Below are positions 9,623-19,179 of a DNA stretch of 64,000 nucleotides, piece by piece. This stretch comes from a virus. Its lineage: Duplodnaviria > Caudoviricetes. Below the pieces are notes generated by a model. That model worked only from the letters and a program-made list of their open reading frames with translations. It did not search any database and had not been told where the DNA came from. Numbering within the stretch: the first letter of the stretch is position 1; every line of letters begins with the position of its first letter. Location of the stretch: the IMG/VR virus record IMGVR_UViG_3300029913_000001. One strand, 5' to 3'. Made by a program: the position numbers and the translations under genes.

Positions 9623-10803
9623 ATATGATCCTTATTATAATTATACTCAGATAATGGCATCATTACAACACCTATTTCCTTTAATGTTTTACCACCATAT
9701 ATTTCCGAAAACCTAATTCGTTCAGCAAATTTCCTTTTAGTGGTGCCGGGAATAACAAAATTTAGTATTGATAAATCCCTGGGACTATGATTTTGCAAGG
9801 CACACCGTGATTTCATATACTTTAAAAAATCACCAAGTAAAAAATAATAATTTTCAAAATTAGCAACAATTACTTTTTCCAATGATGTGCCCGCTACTCG
9901 ATAATATGTATTTGAAAAATCTTTCTTCCCGATTAATTTAAATTTTTTATCACGAATATCTAATACTCTTTTATTATTTGGATTATTCGCAGTTGCAAAC
10001 CCTTTATTTTTAAAAATTCTTCCTTCGATAAATCCTTCAGGACGTGGCGCATTTTCATTAATTCTTAAAGTTTCCCCGGTAGTATTATTTGACACCCATC
10101 TTGATTCTGTTATATATGAATAATCGGTGTGTTTTAACCAATCGGGGTATCCCTTAACAAACCCAGGTAAAATTTCATGCATTTGTGCTACTTCTCTCGT
10201 TTTAGGATTATACTGCCATATTTTACCAGTAAAATTCCGGCTGCATAAATCCTTTGACTCTTGGGTACGCACTCTACCTGTTTGAAAAGGCTCCCACTCA
10301 TCTGATTGAGATCCAATCGACATACGTAATAACTCTTTGGTTATTTTATGACGATAAATATTCGTATCCGCAAATAATTTCGACATATAATCACGCTGTT
10401 CTTGTGTTCGCACTTTCCCGGTATTATTTTCAGATATTAGTTTTGCAAATTCTATACGAACGGCCTGATATAACCGGCAGTTAGTAATTCCTCTAGATTT
10501 TGAGACACGGCGCATCTGATTAAATGAGTAAATACAACTGCGATCACGAATTGATTTAAATAATAGATAATGTAGAAGATAATGAGCTTTAGGTTCAACA
10601 ACGATAATATTCCAGGATTCATGCTTATATTCAGGAAATATCGCCACCGGCAAAATATGATGTTTCTCTACTGAACCCAAACCCGATTTGACTAAATCCT
10701 GCGGTAAAAATTTTAGCAATTTAAAATATCGAATAAATTGTCTTTCGTTTTTAACTTTTCCGGTATTGCGAAACATATTTTCCATGTAAAATAAATCGAA
10801 CAT
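9610..10803 (-). CDS. HNH homing endonuclease with NUMOD-like repeats
   Basis: EKHHILP...NII...HYLLHYLL HNH pattern and GKVRTQEQRDYMS/GRVRTQESKDLCS repeats; located between the two polymerase halves. Confidence 0.75.
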   Translation of the reverse strand: MFDLFYMENMFRNTGKVKNERQFIRYFKLLKFLPQDLVKSGLGSVEKHHILPVAIFPEYKHESWNIIVVEPKAHYLLHYLLFKSIRDRSCIYSFNQMRRVSKSRGITNCRLYQAVRIEFAKLISENNTGKVRTQEQRDYMSKLFADTNIYRHKITKELLRMSIGSQSDEWEPFQTGRVRTQESKDLCSRNFTGKIWQYNPKTREVAQMHEILPGFVKGYPDWLKHTDYSYITESRWVSNNTTGETLRINENAPRPEGFIEGRIFKNKGFATANNPNNKRVLDIRDKKFKLIGKKDFSNTYYRVAGTSLEKVIVANFENYYFLLGDFLKYMKSRCALQNHSPRDLSILNFVIPGTTKRKFAERIRFSEIYGGKTLKEIGVVMMPLSEYNYNKDHIWWK

Positions 10804-10901
10804 TTAATAATCCCTATATAATGTTTTTATCATAGTGAACTACCGCGATTCAATGCGTTCTAACGCACGTGAAGTACACACGGGCTTGACTCGTAAAGCC
10901 A

Positions 10902-12557
10902 CTAAGAGGAAAGAGCATCAATTAAATTATCTGGTATCGTTATACCAAATGATAAATCTACAAATTCTTCTTTTTTTGCTTGTAGTTCTTTTCTTTCTGC
11001 ATACCATTTAGCTAATAATCCAGGAATAATCGCTTCTTGATCATAACTAAAAATTGTTCCGTTACCACTTAGCATCCATTTCTGATCGCTATAAAAAATG
11101 ATATCATAAATCTGAGAAGCTGAAAGAGTATCACTTGTACCTGTTGATTCCCAATCAATAATAATATCTACGCCAGGTTTTCGATCAATAACCGCCTGAT
11201 ATTCTAGAGTTGAAAAAACACCCTCCCACGCATGAGAATAAGTCATGCCTTTTTGTGACATTTTTTCAGCAACAAATGCCTCTGTAAGTGTGGGGCGCAA
11301 CTGTCCAATAATAGTTTCTATTCCCATGTTTAATGCACGAATTGTACTAGGATATAGTGAATTAATATCAATTACACCTAGCCATTCGTGAATTCCTACT
11401 TTTGGATCGGCTACATATGCGCCTACTGCGGCTGGCTCGTCATCGTCTTTCTGAGAACTATATTTTGGTTTATTTGGAACAATCATACCCAAATCATGGG
11501 CTCTATTAATAATAGCCTGGTCTGTTTTGGCTACGGTTCCCATACAAGTAGGTAAAAGAGTGGTTGTATCATGGGCGACAACATTAATAAGTTCAATAAA
11601 CTTTAATTTATTGTCTAACTGCTCCAATAGATTAACATCTTGCCTATTATATCTAATAAATAATTCAAAATCATTATTATATAAATCATCTAATGAACCT
11701 TTATATTCAGTCTTACTACTTCCTAATTCATATTCAGCAATAGAATTTAATGAATATGAATGACGTTCTTCATATGTGAATTTTCGGTATAAATCCATCA
11801 TATCGATATGAATCTTGCCAACTAATTCATACGTCTTAAATTCTTTACCATATTTTTCAACTACTTTAGCCTTTGGTTTTTCATTCCAGGATAATTCACA
11901 TAATCTACGAGTATCATCTTTACTCATCACTCGTTGGATTCGATTAACAAGATATGGAATATCGAATCCTTCGCTATTCCATCCTGATATAACATCGCTG
12001 TCTTCTAATATATCGAGAGCGGCATTAAGCATATCAACTTCATTATCGAACACATATGTGTTCTCGAATTTATTTGCTATACTCTGCCCCTCGTCGAAAG
12101 TAATAGTTTTAGGTGGAATTGCTACAGTAATTAGTTTATTACACCAAACTAGATCAATTGTAATTGCGGTTATTTTATTAAAGGGGTCCTCGATGGGCGA
12201 GTATCCCTTATCCTTATCGAAATCAACTTCGATATCGATAAGAGCAACATGAAGATCAGGAGCGGGCTTACCTTTATAATTTTCCGATAAACATTTAAAA
12301 GTAAGATTTAAATCTGACTCCCAAATCTTTTTATCTGTACCTTTAAGGATCGCTAGTTCTTTGTAAAATTCACTAGAAGTTTTAGGGGTAATTTTTGTTA
12401 GAGGCGTATTATAAATTGATTTATAAGACCCATTCGGATCATCGATATAGAAACTATAATCGACAGGATAATTATTGAACACTCTCTTGCCATTGACTCG
12501 TTCGATAACTTCAATACGATCATTCTTACGATCTATTCTAGCTGTAATATATGACAT
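10902..12557 (-). CDS. Family-B DNA polymerase, N-terminal subunit (3'-5' exonuclease plus motif A)
   Basis: ExoI DIEVD, ExoII WNSEGFDIPY and motif A DINSLYPS. Confidence 0.92.
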   Translation of the reverse strand: MSYITARIDRKNDRIEVIERVNGKRVFNNYPVDYSFYIDDPNGSYKSIYNTPLTKITPKTSSEFYKELAILKGTDKKIWESDLNLTFKCLSENYKGKPAPDLHVALIDIEVDFDKDKGYSPIEDPFNKITAITIDLVWCNKLITVAIPPKTITFDEGQSIANKFENTYVFDNEVDMLNAALDILEDSDVISGWNSEGFDIPYLVNRIQRVMSKDDTRRLCELSWNEKPKAKVVEKYGKEFKTYELVGKIHIDMMDLYRKFTYEERHSYSLNSIAEYELGSSKTEYKGSLDDLYNNDFELFIRYNRQDVNLLEQLDNKLKFIELINVVAHDTTTLLPTCMGTVAKTDQAIINRAHDLGMIVPNKPKYSSQKDDDEPAAVGAYVADPKVGIHEWLGVIDINSLYPSTIRALNMGIETIIGQLRPTLTEAFVAEKMSQKGMTYSHAWEGVFSTLEYQAVIDRKPGVDIIIDWESTGTSDTLSASQIYDIIFYSDQKWMLSGNGTIFSYDQEAIIPGLLAKWYAERKELQAKKEEFVDLSFGITIPDNLIDALSS

Positions 12558-12563
12558 ATAACT

Positions 12564-12592
12564 ATTATATAACCGCTATCTATAGTTGTCAA
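12564..12592 (-). promoter_or_regulatory. Sigma70-type promoter; predicted +1 falls on the polymerase ATG
   Basis: TTGACA (12592-12587), 17 bp, TATAAT (12569-12564), 6 nt, ATG (12557). Confidence 0.8.
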
Positions 12593-12596
12593 GAAA

Positions 12597-12857
12597 TTAC
12601 TTTCTACCAACACTGTCTAGAATCTTTTCAAGATCATCTAAATCATCTTTCTGGGAAGCAAAATCACCTTTTTGTGCACGAGTAATTGCACTTTTAAGTA
12701 ACTTGGCAGGTATTTCCAACTCCTCTGCAATTGCTTTTACAGTGTCAGATAAACCTTCTTTTAGTGATTGAATCTCATCCTGTGTCCTAACACCGTCTGT
12801 GATCAAATCCTTTAATCTTTGAATTTCTGCTGGGCCAAAACTTGCGGGTAATGCCAT
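12597..12857 (-). CDS. Small dsDNA-binding protein (T4 DsbA/GapR-like)
   Basis: 86-aa helical protein, EIQSLKEGLSDTVKAIAEELEIPAKLL pattern; strong RBS AAGGAG. Confidence 0.55.
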   Translation of the reverse strand: MALPASFGPAEIQRLKDLITDGVRTQDEIQSLKEGLSDTVKAIAEELEIPAKLLKSAITRAQKGDFASQKDDLDDLEKILDSVGRK

Positions 12858-12918
12858 TAGCGTTTCTCCTTATAAGTAATTATACAGCATATACGTATTA
12901 TTGTGAAGATATTAATTA

Positions 12919-13509
12919 TTATATTGTATAGTGGAATTTATTCGGCATATTTTTCTTAATATCAAAATCTAAAAAATTATCTAATTGATTTTTATATTCG
13001 TCGTATGATACGGCTATATAATTTCCATGTATACATATTTCCATTGATTTTTTAAGAGCAATTTTAATATTTGTGTTATTGTATTTCAACGTCGATACAA
13101 ACTCTTCGGGCGACAAATTTTCTAACTCCTGCTTCGATAATTTAAGTTCTTCATGTAAATCAGCATACCGGCAAAAGGAAAAATCAAAACCATTAATGGG
13201 AAAAATAATATAAGGGTTTCCATAATACTCAGTTGAAAAATAGTCACTTGCGCAAAAAATACTATTTGATCGTAATGCCTTAAACCCGGCGGCACGCAAC
13301 TTACTATCAATTAACTCTTGCAAATCAAGAGTAGTATCCATCGGCTTTCTATTAATAGGTGATTGACCGTTAATTATAGATTTCTCCGATTTAATTCCTC
13401 GGAACAAAACCTTATTACATGAACGAAATATTTTTAAAATATTCGAGCAGTCTGATTCGATTATATAAGAAAATTTACTAAGAGACCCATCAAATTCTAG
13501 TAACTTCAT
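12919..13509 (-). CDS. ADP-ribosyltransferase-like paralog 1 (RSNSIFC family)
   Basis: LFRGI / FKALRSNSIFCAS / EICIHG. Likely start MKLLEF at 13509 after AGGAAGG. Confidence 0.6.
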   Translation of the reverse strand: MKLLEFDGSLSKFSYIIESDCSNILKIFRSCNKVLFRGIKSEKSIINGQSPINRKPMDTTLDLQELIDSKLRAAGFKALRSNSIFCASDYFSTEYYGNPYIIFPINGFDFSFCRYADLHEELKLSKQELENLSPEEFVSTLKYNNTNIKIALKKSMEICIHGNYIAVSYDEYKNQLDNFLDFDIKKNMPNKFHYTI

Positions 13510-13519
13510 TTTACCTTCC

Positions 13520-14377
13520 TTACTCGTCATCGTCTTGATCTTCATCACCTTGAAAAATAGGAACTTGCCCTAATAATTCTAATTGATCTGATTTTAACCA
13601 GCAACTCGATTCACAGTCATATCCGTACGTAAATTGTGTTGCTCCATCATAACCAGCATAACTATATGACCCGAAATTATAATGATGAATGCAATCAAAA
13701 TGCTTCTGTAATTCTTGCCAAGGAAAATCTTTTTTAATCAAATCATCCGGAGACCCGTATGATTTTATTCGTTCCCATTCTGCAGGATCTAAATATGCTG
13801 AATTACCACGGCCCAATTTTTCAAAAATTTCATAAATTATTTTTGCATCATCGGTTGAATCTAATTCATAAACTACAGTGTTCGGCTTAACCTTGTATAC
13901 ATAACCTATTTTACTTTGCCTAGATATTCCCAAATCTCCCATTCCATAGGCTTGTATAAATTTATTCCATCCGCTTGTCCACTTACCATTTGGTAATTTC
14001 TTAGCGGTACTTGTCCATAAAATTGCCCCAACTGGTTTATTATTTCCGGGTAATACCGGGGAGCCGCCGGCTATAACAGGAGCGCCCTCGTTTAAATTTC
14101 TAGACTCCATCGCAGTATCAATATAATTTTTCGCCCAATCGGTAAGATTCCCCTCATCGTCGTATGAATATTTTGCCCTATCTTTAAGTAAATAATCTGA
14201 TCTTTCTTTTTTCGTAGTATATGATACTGATTTTCTGGGTATAAAAAGCTGAAGTGTTCCGTTAGGAGCAACCGTAGTGCCATGTTTTTTGTAATATTCT
14301 AGGGATTCTCTAGCAGCTTCTATTGGATCATATATTGCTTCAATTTTTTTCTTTTTTGCAAATTCATCTATTCTCAT
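13520..14377 (-). CDS. Hypothetical protein, possibly a divergent ADP-ribosyltransferase-like domain
   Basis: MRIDEF N-terminus. KPVG..LWTS and YGYDCES could be the catalytic strands (inference). Confidence 0.4.
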   Translation of the reverse strand: MRIDEFAKKKKIEAIYDPIEAARESLEYYKKHGTTVAPNGTLQLFIPRKSVSYTTKKERSDYLLKDRAKYSYDDEGNLTDWAKNYIDTAMESRNLNEGAPVIAGGSPVLPGNNKPVGAILWTSTAKKLPNGKWTSGWNKFIQAYGMGDLGISRQSKIGYVYKVKPNTVVYELDSTDDAKIIYEIFEKLGRGNSAYLDPAEWERIKSYGSPDDLIKKDFPWQELQKHFDCIHHYNFGSYSYAGYDGATQFTYGYDCESSCWLKSDQLELLGQVPIFQGDEDQDDDE

Positions 14378-14543
14378 TAAAATAGCTCCATATCAATGAT
14401 ATATCGCAGGTAAGGCAGCGACATTCTAATAATCTATTACTCCATTAAGCGGCTACAACTCGATGATTACCATCAATTAAATAATCTTTTCTGTTCCATT
14501 ATTTAACAATAATATTGTTCACGTTAAACTCATCAAATCTCAT
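14378..14543 (-). pseudogene. ParB/Srx-like gene remnant
   Basis: Starts MRFDEF at 14543. YLIDGNHRVVAA* is readable in another frame, with several stops. Confidence 0.5.
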
Positions 14544-14544
14544 T

Positions 14545-15011
14545 TCATACCTCGCCTGGAATAACTAAAATTTTCGGATATGGCTCAACCCCACATATTT
14601 TAGCTGCATTTAACCGAGTGTTCCCTGCCGTTAATACTCGTTGACCATAATGTTCTATTACCATCGCCATAGGAATTGCATCGTTATTTTCAAATCCTCT
14701 TGCAATTCTAAATGGATCTCTAACATAATCAGAATAATACAAACTTATATCTTGCATCATCTGCAAAGAACTACCATTTGTCAATCTAGAAATTGAATTA
14801 AAATTATCGTATGACAGACGTTCAATTTTGCCCCGTAAAACCGCTAGTTTAGCATTTTTCCAGGTAGACCAGCAATTAATATCTGGTAATCCAATTACAT
14901 CAGGATAATCTCTGTCATTTAAATGTTTGAGATCAAATTCTTTCCGCAACTCGGTATCATTAGGCAAACGCCAATTATCATAATGAATTTGTTTAATTTC
15001 AAAAGTCTCAT
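14545..15011 (-). CDS. ParB/Srx-like protein; true start probably ATG 15011, with a 1-nt deletion in a T run
   Basis: LTAGNTRLNAA motif. ATG AGA CTT TT(T) GAA would give MRLFEIKQIHYDNWRLPNDTEL, and this ATG overlaps the upstream TGA (ATGA). Confidence 0.55.
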
Positions 15012-15583
15012 ATAATTACTCCAAGCCAGTCTTGAAACCAATATGTTGAAAAAGAATTATAACGAACTGCTGCATATTTTCCATGAAGGTAAACTTCTAC
15101 TCCGGTATGCATAGCAAATCCTAAATCAGTATCTTTAAACTCCAAATCTTTAATAAATTTATCTGTTGACATATTTTGAATTTGAGGAACATTATATTCC
15201 ATTTCTTCTGTTAAATCTCGATATTTGCAATATGTATAATCGAATCCGTTAACTGGAAAAATTACATATAAACTTCCGCCATCGGCGTATGCTATAGCAT
15301 CATTCTCCCGACCCGTGCAAAAAATACTATTTGATCGTAATGCCTTAAACCCGGCCGCTTGTAACTTGTCGTCGATGGCAAATGATAAAAATCTAGGAGT
15401 ATCTCTTGGCAAACGATTTACTGGTGACTCGTCAATTAAATACTTCTCGGAACTCGCTATTCCTCGGTATAAAACTTTTCTATTCTCGCGATACAGCACC
15501 AAAATATCAGAACACTTTTCTTTAATGAAAGAAATTATTGCATCATTACCGCTTCCCGAGTTATTGATTTCTGTTAATCTCAT
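15008..15583 (-). CDS. ADP-ribosyltransferase-like paralog 2
   Basis: MRLTEI; LYRGI / FKALRSNSIFCTG / EVYLHG. Confidence 0.6.
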   Translation of the reverse strand: MRLTEINNSGSGNDAIISFIKEKCSDILVLYRENRKVLYRGIASSEKYLIDESPVNRLPRDTPRFLSFAIDDKLQAAGFKALRSNSIFCTGRENDAIAYADGGSLYVIFPVNGFDYTYCKYRDLTEEMEYNVPQIQNMSTDKFIKDLEFKDTDLGFAMHTGVEVYLHGKYAAVRYNSFSTYWFQDWLGVII

Positions 15584-16587
15584 ATCTTACCATCGCAGGC
15601 CTTAACAATGTTACTTTGACTCTTACGTCCGATCCGATAAAATTCATCGGCGGTTAACCATTTTGTTTCACTAACTTCAAAACCAGGTTTATCAAAATCT
15701 ACGGGATCGGTTACTTCCCCAATAAAAATAGTCATCTCACTGGTTTCTGTATATCCTGTTATTTCACCTTTCCAACCAATCTTAACGGTGTTAGAAATCA
15801 AATTTGAAGGTCTCAACCCGCATTCTTCGTTTGCTTCTCTAAGCCCTGCTTGCATTTCGTTTTCACCAGCATCAACATGCCCCTTTGCAATCATGGGCTT
15901 GTCCCCACCATACGACGGATCGCTGCTAATAACAAATAACATTCGAGCTACGCCGTTATTATCTCGGTAATACGGAATAAATCCGGCTTTTTTAATTTGG
16001 CTACGATCCCAAGCTTCTTCTAAGTTATTGGACATCGTACCTTTTAATTCACATTCAGCACAACAAAATTTCTGGTCAGTCGAATGAATATTTTTAAATG
16101 TTATTCCACAAACTGGACATTTTTTATCAACTGTTTTATCCGCATTTGCAAATTCATTATACGTTAAACTTTCTTGTACAAGATCCCTCTTTTTCATTTT
16201 ACGCATAAAACCATCTGGGCGATGAAGGAAAGACGAAATGAGATCTTCCTTCTTACTTCCAATATTGCCACCCTCAGCAAATGTATTGGCGATTTCTGTA
16301 GCCGCATTAACTATATCATTCATTGTTAATTTACGAGGTTTTTTTCCTCGCAATTCTTCCCACATTAGATACATAAAATCCGAAGGATCATCATATATCT
16401 CAGCTAATACTTTTTTATTAGTCATATTAATTCTCGAACATCCCATAAATTTTGTACTTAAAATTTTTGATTTCTTGGGCTCAGCACCTAAAATAGGGCC
16501 GAGCTCGTCAACTTTATCTTGTGGCCCGAGCCACTGAGAATTTCTATACGATTTATCAGATCCTAAAATTGTTTTTTTCTTTTTCAC
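15580..16587 (-). CDS. Multidomain protein with a Zn-ribbon (CPVC/CCAEC) and a C-terminal NUDIX hydrolase
   Basis: Nudix box KGHVDAGENEMQAGLREANEECG. Confidence 0.8.
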   Translation of the reverse strand: MKKKKTILGSDKSYRNSQWLGPQDKVDELGPILGAEPKKSKILSTKFMGCSRINMTNKKVLAEIYDDPSDFMYLMWEELRGKKPRKLTMNDIVNAATEIANTFAEGGNIGSKKEDLISSFLHRPDGFMRKMKKRDLVQESLTYNEFANADKTVDKKCPVCGITFKNIHSTDQKFCCAECELKGTMSNNLEEAWDRSQIKKAGFIPYYRDNNGVARMLFVISSDPSYGGDKPMIAKGHVDAGENEMQAGLREANEECGLRPSNLISNTVKIGWKGEITGYTETSEMTIFIGEVTDPVDFDKPGFEVSETKWLTADEFYRIGRKSQSNIVKACDGKI

Positions 16588-17525
16588 TATTTCACCAAAC
16601 TTAAAAAGTCAAATCGTCGTCTTGCGGCTTCGTAGCAATCGTTATCTATTGCAATGTAAGCCCCATGCACCCAAACATCTTGCCCTTTACTCAACGCCCA
16701 TGCTAAATCAGTATCATAAAATTCATTCACCCGCATATATTCTTCTACTATATCTGGGTTAGTTGGTTCTAAATTAATCTTTTCGGATATTTTATCAGCC
16801 TCTTCTCTAAATTCTTCAAATATAGGATATTTTTGCACCAAAATATAAAACTCTTTTAATATTTTATTTATTTTGCCGCGGATCTGATAAATCGTATGGT
16901 AATTCTGTATAATAGTACCTATAGTGTAGGCATCTTTTAAAAATTTTTTTACTTTTATATCTGAACTAGCTATCGTATTGAATTGTTTTTTATAAAATGC
17001 AGACTCTAGTATCTGGTCTATTATTAACCTATGCACATGCGTTTTTAATTCAACTAAAGGACATATATACTCTCTGGCAGTAGTCCAGGTCCATCTTTTA
17101 CTATACCCAAAAGTAAATCCGTTAATAGGTAATATTAGAAAAACTCGGCCCCAGGATCCGGCATCAGAAATGCTTGAAGTGCAAAAAATACTATTACTAC
17201 GCAATGCAGTAAATCCAGAAGATGACATACAATAATCTGCATACTTAACGGCCTTCGCGATTTCATCGTTAGCCAAACGCTGTTCGATACTTTTTCGTTT
17301 TGCTGGAGGATATCCCATAAAAATGGTTGATCCACCCGAAACGCCTTTTATCCCTCGATATAGATAATTATCAGATTCTTTTGCATCTTTTAAAAATTCA
17401 GAGCAATTTTTAAAAATCCATTTTTCAATTTTGGCTAGCTCAGTCGCGGCCGAGGTATAGTTAATCGAAGAAAATGTATTCGGCTTCAGCATAGCGGGAT
17501 CCGGCATTAACTCATTTATCAACAT
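16587..17525 (-). CDS. ADP-ribosyltransferase-like paralog 3 (with helical insertion)
   Basis: MLINEL; LYRGI / FTALRSNSIFCTS / DVWVHG. Confidence 0.6.
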   Translation of the reverse strand: MLINELMPDPAMLKPNTFSSINYTSAATELAKIEKWIFKNCSEFLKDAKESDNYLYRGIKGVSGGSTIFMGYPPAKRKSIEQRLANDEIAKAVKYADYCMSSSGFTALRSNSIFCTSSISDAGSWGRVFLILPINGFTFGYSKRWTWTTAREYICPLVELKTHVHRLIIDQILESAFYKKQFNTIASSDIKVKKFLKDAYTIGTIIQNYHTIYQIRGKINKILKEFYILVQKYPIFEEFREEADKISEKINLEPTNPDIVEEYMRVNEFYDTDLAWALSKGQDVWVHGAYIAIDNDCYEAARRRFDFLSLVK

Positions 17526-17553
17526 GTTTTACTCCTATTCCCTATATCTTGAT

Positions 17554-18192
17554 TTAGTCGAATTCTTCATTTTCTGGGTTATACTTAACCGGTAGACCCT
17601 TAAAATCATCGGCATTAATTTTGGTTTCTTCATGCTTAATAGCAACATAAGCGCCGTGAATCCAAACATCATAATGATTAATTAATGGCCATTGCAAATT
17701 AGTATTGTATAATTCATTGTAATCTAAAAATTCTTCTACATGTTCTGCATTCATCATTCTAGGACGAATATTATATGCGCACGCATTACAATTAGTAAAA
17801 GCCTTACTATATCCAAATGTAAATCCATTAATAGGATATATTTCATATACCTCTCCCCAAGATCTCGCCGCCCCGGTAAAAGAATTACAAAAAATACTAT
17901 TACTTCGTCGAGCCGGCCATCCCGCTAACTTGAGAAGAAAATCAACCTTCTCCGCGGCCTCTGTTGAATAATATTCAACCGTAGGTCGATTTTCCCTAGA
18001 ATAGCCAATAAAAGATTCTCGGGTTTCGTTCTTAATACCGCGATATAATTTATAATCACCCGCAACAGATAAAAATTCGGAGCAATGCTCAACAATCCAG
18101 GATTGCAATTTATCCGATTTATATCTAGCAAGAGATAATTGCTGTCCGGGTTTTAGCAAATCAACTCGATTTAAAATTTCATTTAACCGCAT
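17554..18192 (-). CDS. ADP-ribosyltransferase-like paralog 4
   Basis: Likely start MRLNEI at 18192; LYRGI / ARRSNSIFCNS / DVWIHG. Confidence 0.6.
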   Translation of the reverse strand: MRLNEILNRVDLLKPGQQLSLARYKSDKLQSWIVEHCSEFLSVAGDYKLYRGIKNETRESFIGYSRENRPTVEYYSTEAAEKVDFLLKLAGWPARRSNSIFCNSFTGAARSWGEVYEIYPINGFTFGYSKAFTNCNACAYNIRPRMMNAEHVEEFLDYNELYNTNLQWPLINHYDVWIHGAYVAIKHEETKINADDFKGLPVKYNPENEEFD

Positions 18193-18364
18193 TTTTTCTC
18201 TTCTTCCTATGTCGTTTAATCGGAGAATAAATTGATGAATTAGGGTCACCGCCAAAAAACTGTCCAGCCGGAGGTGTACCCATTGGGCTATTAACAGTTG
18301 ATATAGATCCAGAGCTTGTTCCCCCGCTTGATCCATTTTCTCGAATTATGTCTTTTATCTTCAT
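18179..18364 (-). CDS. Small Gly/Ser-rich protein with a basic tail
   Basis: MKIKDIIRE start, 5 nt downstream of ATAAATA. Confidence 0.55.
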   Translation of the reverse strand: MKIKDIIRENGSSGGTSSGSISTVNSPMGTPPAGQFFGGDPNSSIYSPIKRHRKKRKNAVK

Positions 18365-18372
18365 ATTAATAT

Positions 18373-18804
18373 TTATCGTTTTATTGTTGAACGAAGGAAC
18401 CAAGCAAATTTTTCTTGGGAATCGATTAATCCTTGCACGAAATTTTGTAACCCTAATTGATCGGGTGCCGATGCGTTAACTTCATTAAGAACTTCTATTA
18501 ATTTTTCATTATCAATCAACAATTCTTGAATCATTTCTTGCGCAGGTAAAATACCAGCAAAATCAGATAACACCGATAATCCCATTATTTGTTGAAGACC
18601 GAGGGGAGTAAAAATATCAAGTGCTCGCATCTCTTCTCCAATCCCATCATAGGCAGTATCAACCGATTCATATATGAGTTGTAATAATTTATGCAATTCA
18701 TAAAATCTCGGGCCAGTAATATTAAAGTGTGCAATATGAACCTTAATTGTATAATGTAACACCGTAGCAGTCGCTACCGCCAGCACTTCCTCTAAATTTT
18801 TCAT
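18373..18804 (-). CDS. dps: Dps/ferritin-like DNA protection protein
   Basis: HFNITGPRFYELHKLL and DGIGEEMRAL ferroxidase patterns; 143 aa. Confidence 0.85.
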   Translation of the reverse strand: MKNLEEVLAVATATVLHYTIKVHIAHFNITGPRFYELHKLLQLIYESVDTAYDGIGEEMRALDIFTPLGLQQIMGLSVLSDFAGILPAQEMIQELLIDNEKLIEVLNEVNASAPDQLGLQNFVQGLIDSQEKFAWFLRSTIKR

Positions 18805-18889
18805 TTAATCTCCTATTTTGAAAATTGAATCTTCTGCTTTTCATTTAATTTAGAACTAATCTTCCAATGTTTTAATTGTATATTCGGCA

Positions 18890-19153
18890 TCATGCCAGTT
18901 GCCCATCCTTGGCATCCATAATTTTAATAACTCTGGATAATATTTCAGTTTTTATGTCAGAGTTATTCCAATCTTTATCAACAAACAGATAAAATGGTTT
19001 CCACTTATTACCAATTATTTGCATGATTACCGTACCAATTTCCCCAAAACCTTTACAATACCCAGATAATACATACACCGAAATTTTTGAACCGTTAGTT
19101 AATTTTCCAGTCCATTTAATTTTGTTCGAATTGTTAATTTCATTTACTCGCAT
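18890..19153 (-). CDS. Hypothetical protein
   Basis: MRVNEI N-terminal motif. Confidence 0.5.
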   Translation of the reverse strand: MRVNEINNSNKIKWTGKLTNGSKISVYVLSGYCKGFGEIGTVIMQIIGNKWKPFYLFVDKDWNNSDIKTEILSRVIKIMDAKDGQLA

Positions 19154-19179
19154 AGTTATACTGCTTTTAAAATTTCTGA

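Noticed and set aside
9610-10901. Group I intron in the DNA polymerase
   Set aside because: The HNH ORF overlaps the start of the polymerase C-half, which has its own RBS. This leaves no room for intron 3' core elements, and I see no P7-type motifs.
14990-15011. Programmed frameshifts at 15001-15004 and near 57906
   Set aside because: Both are single-base length changes in short homopolymers with no stimulatory structure, so assembly error or simple mutation is more likely.
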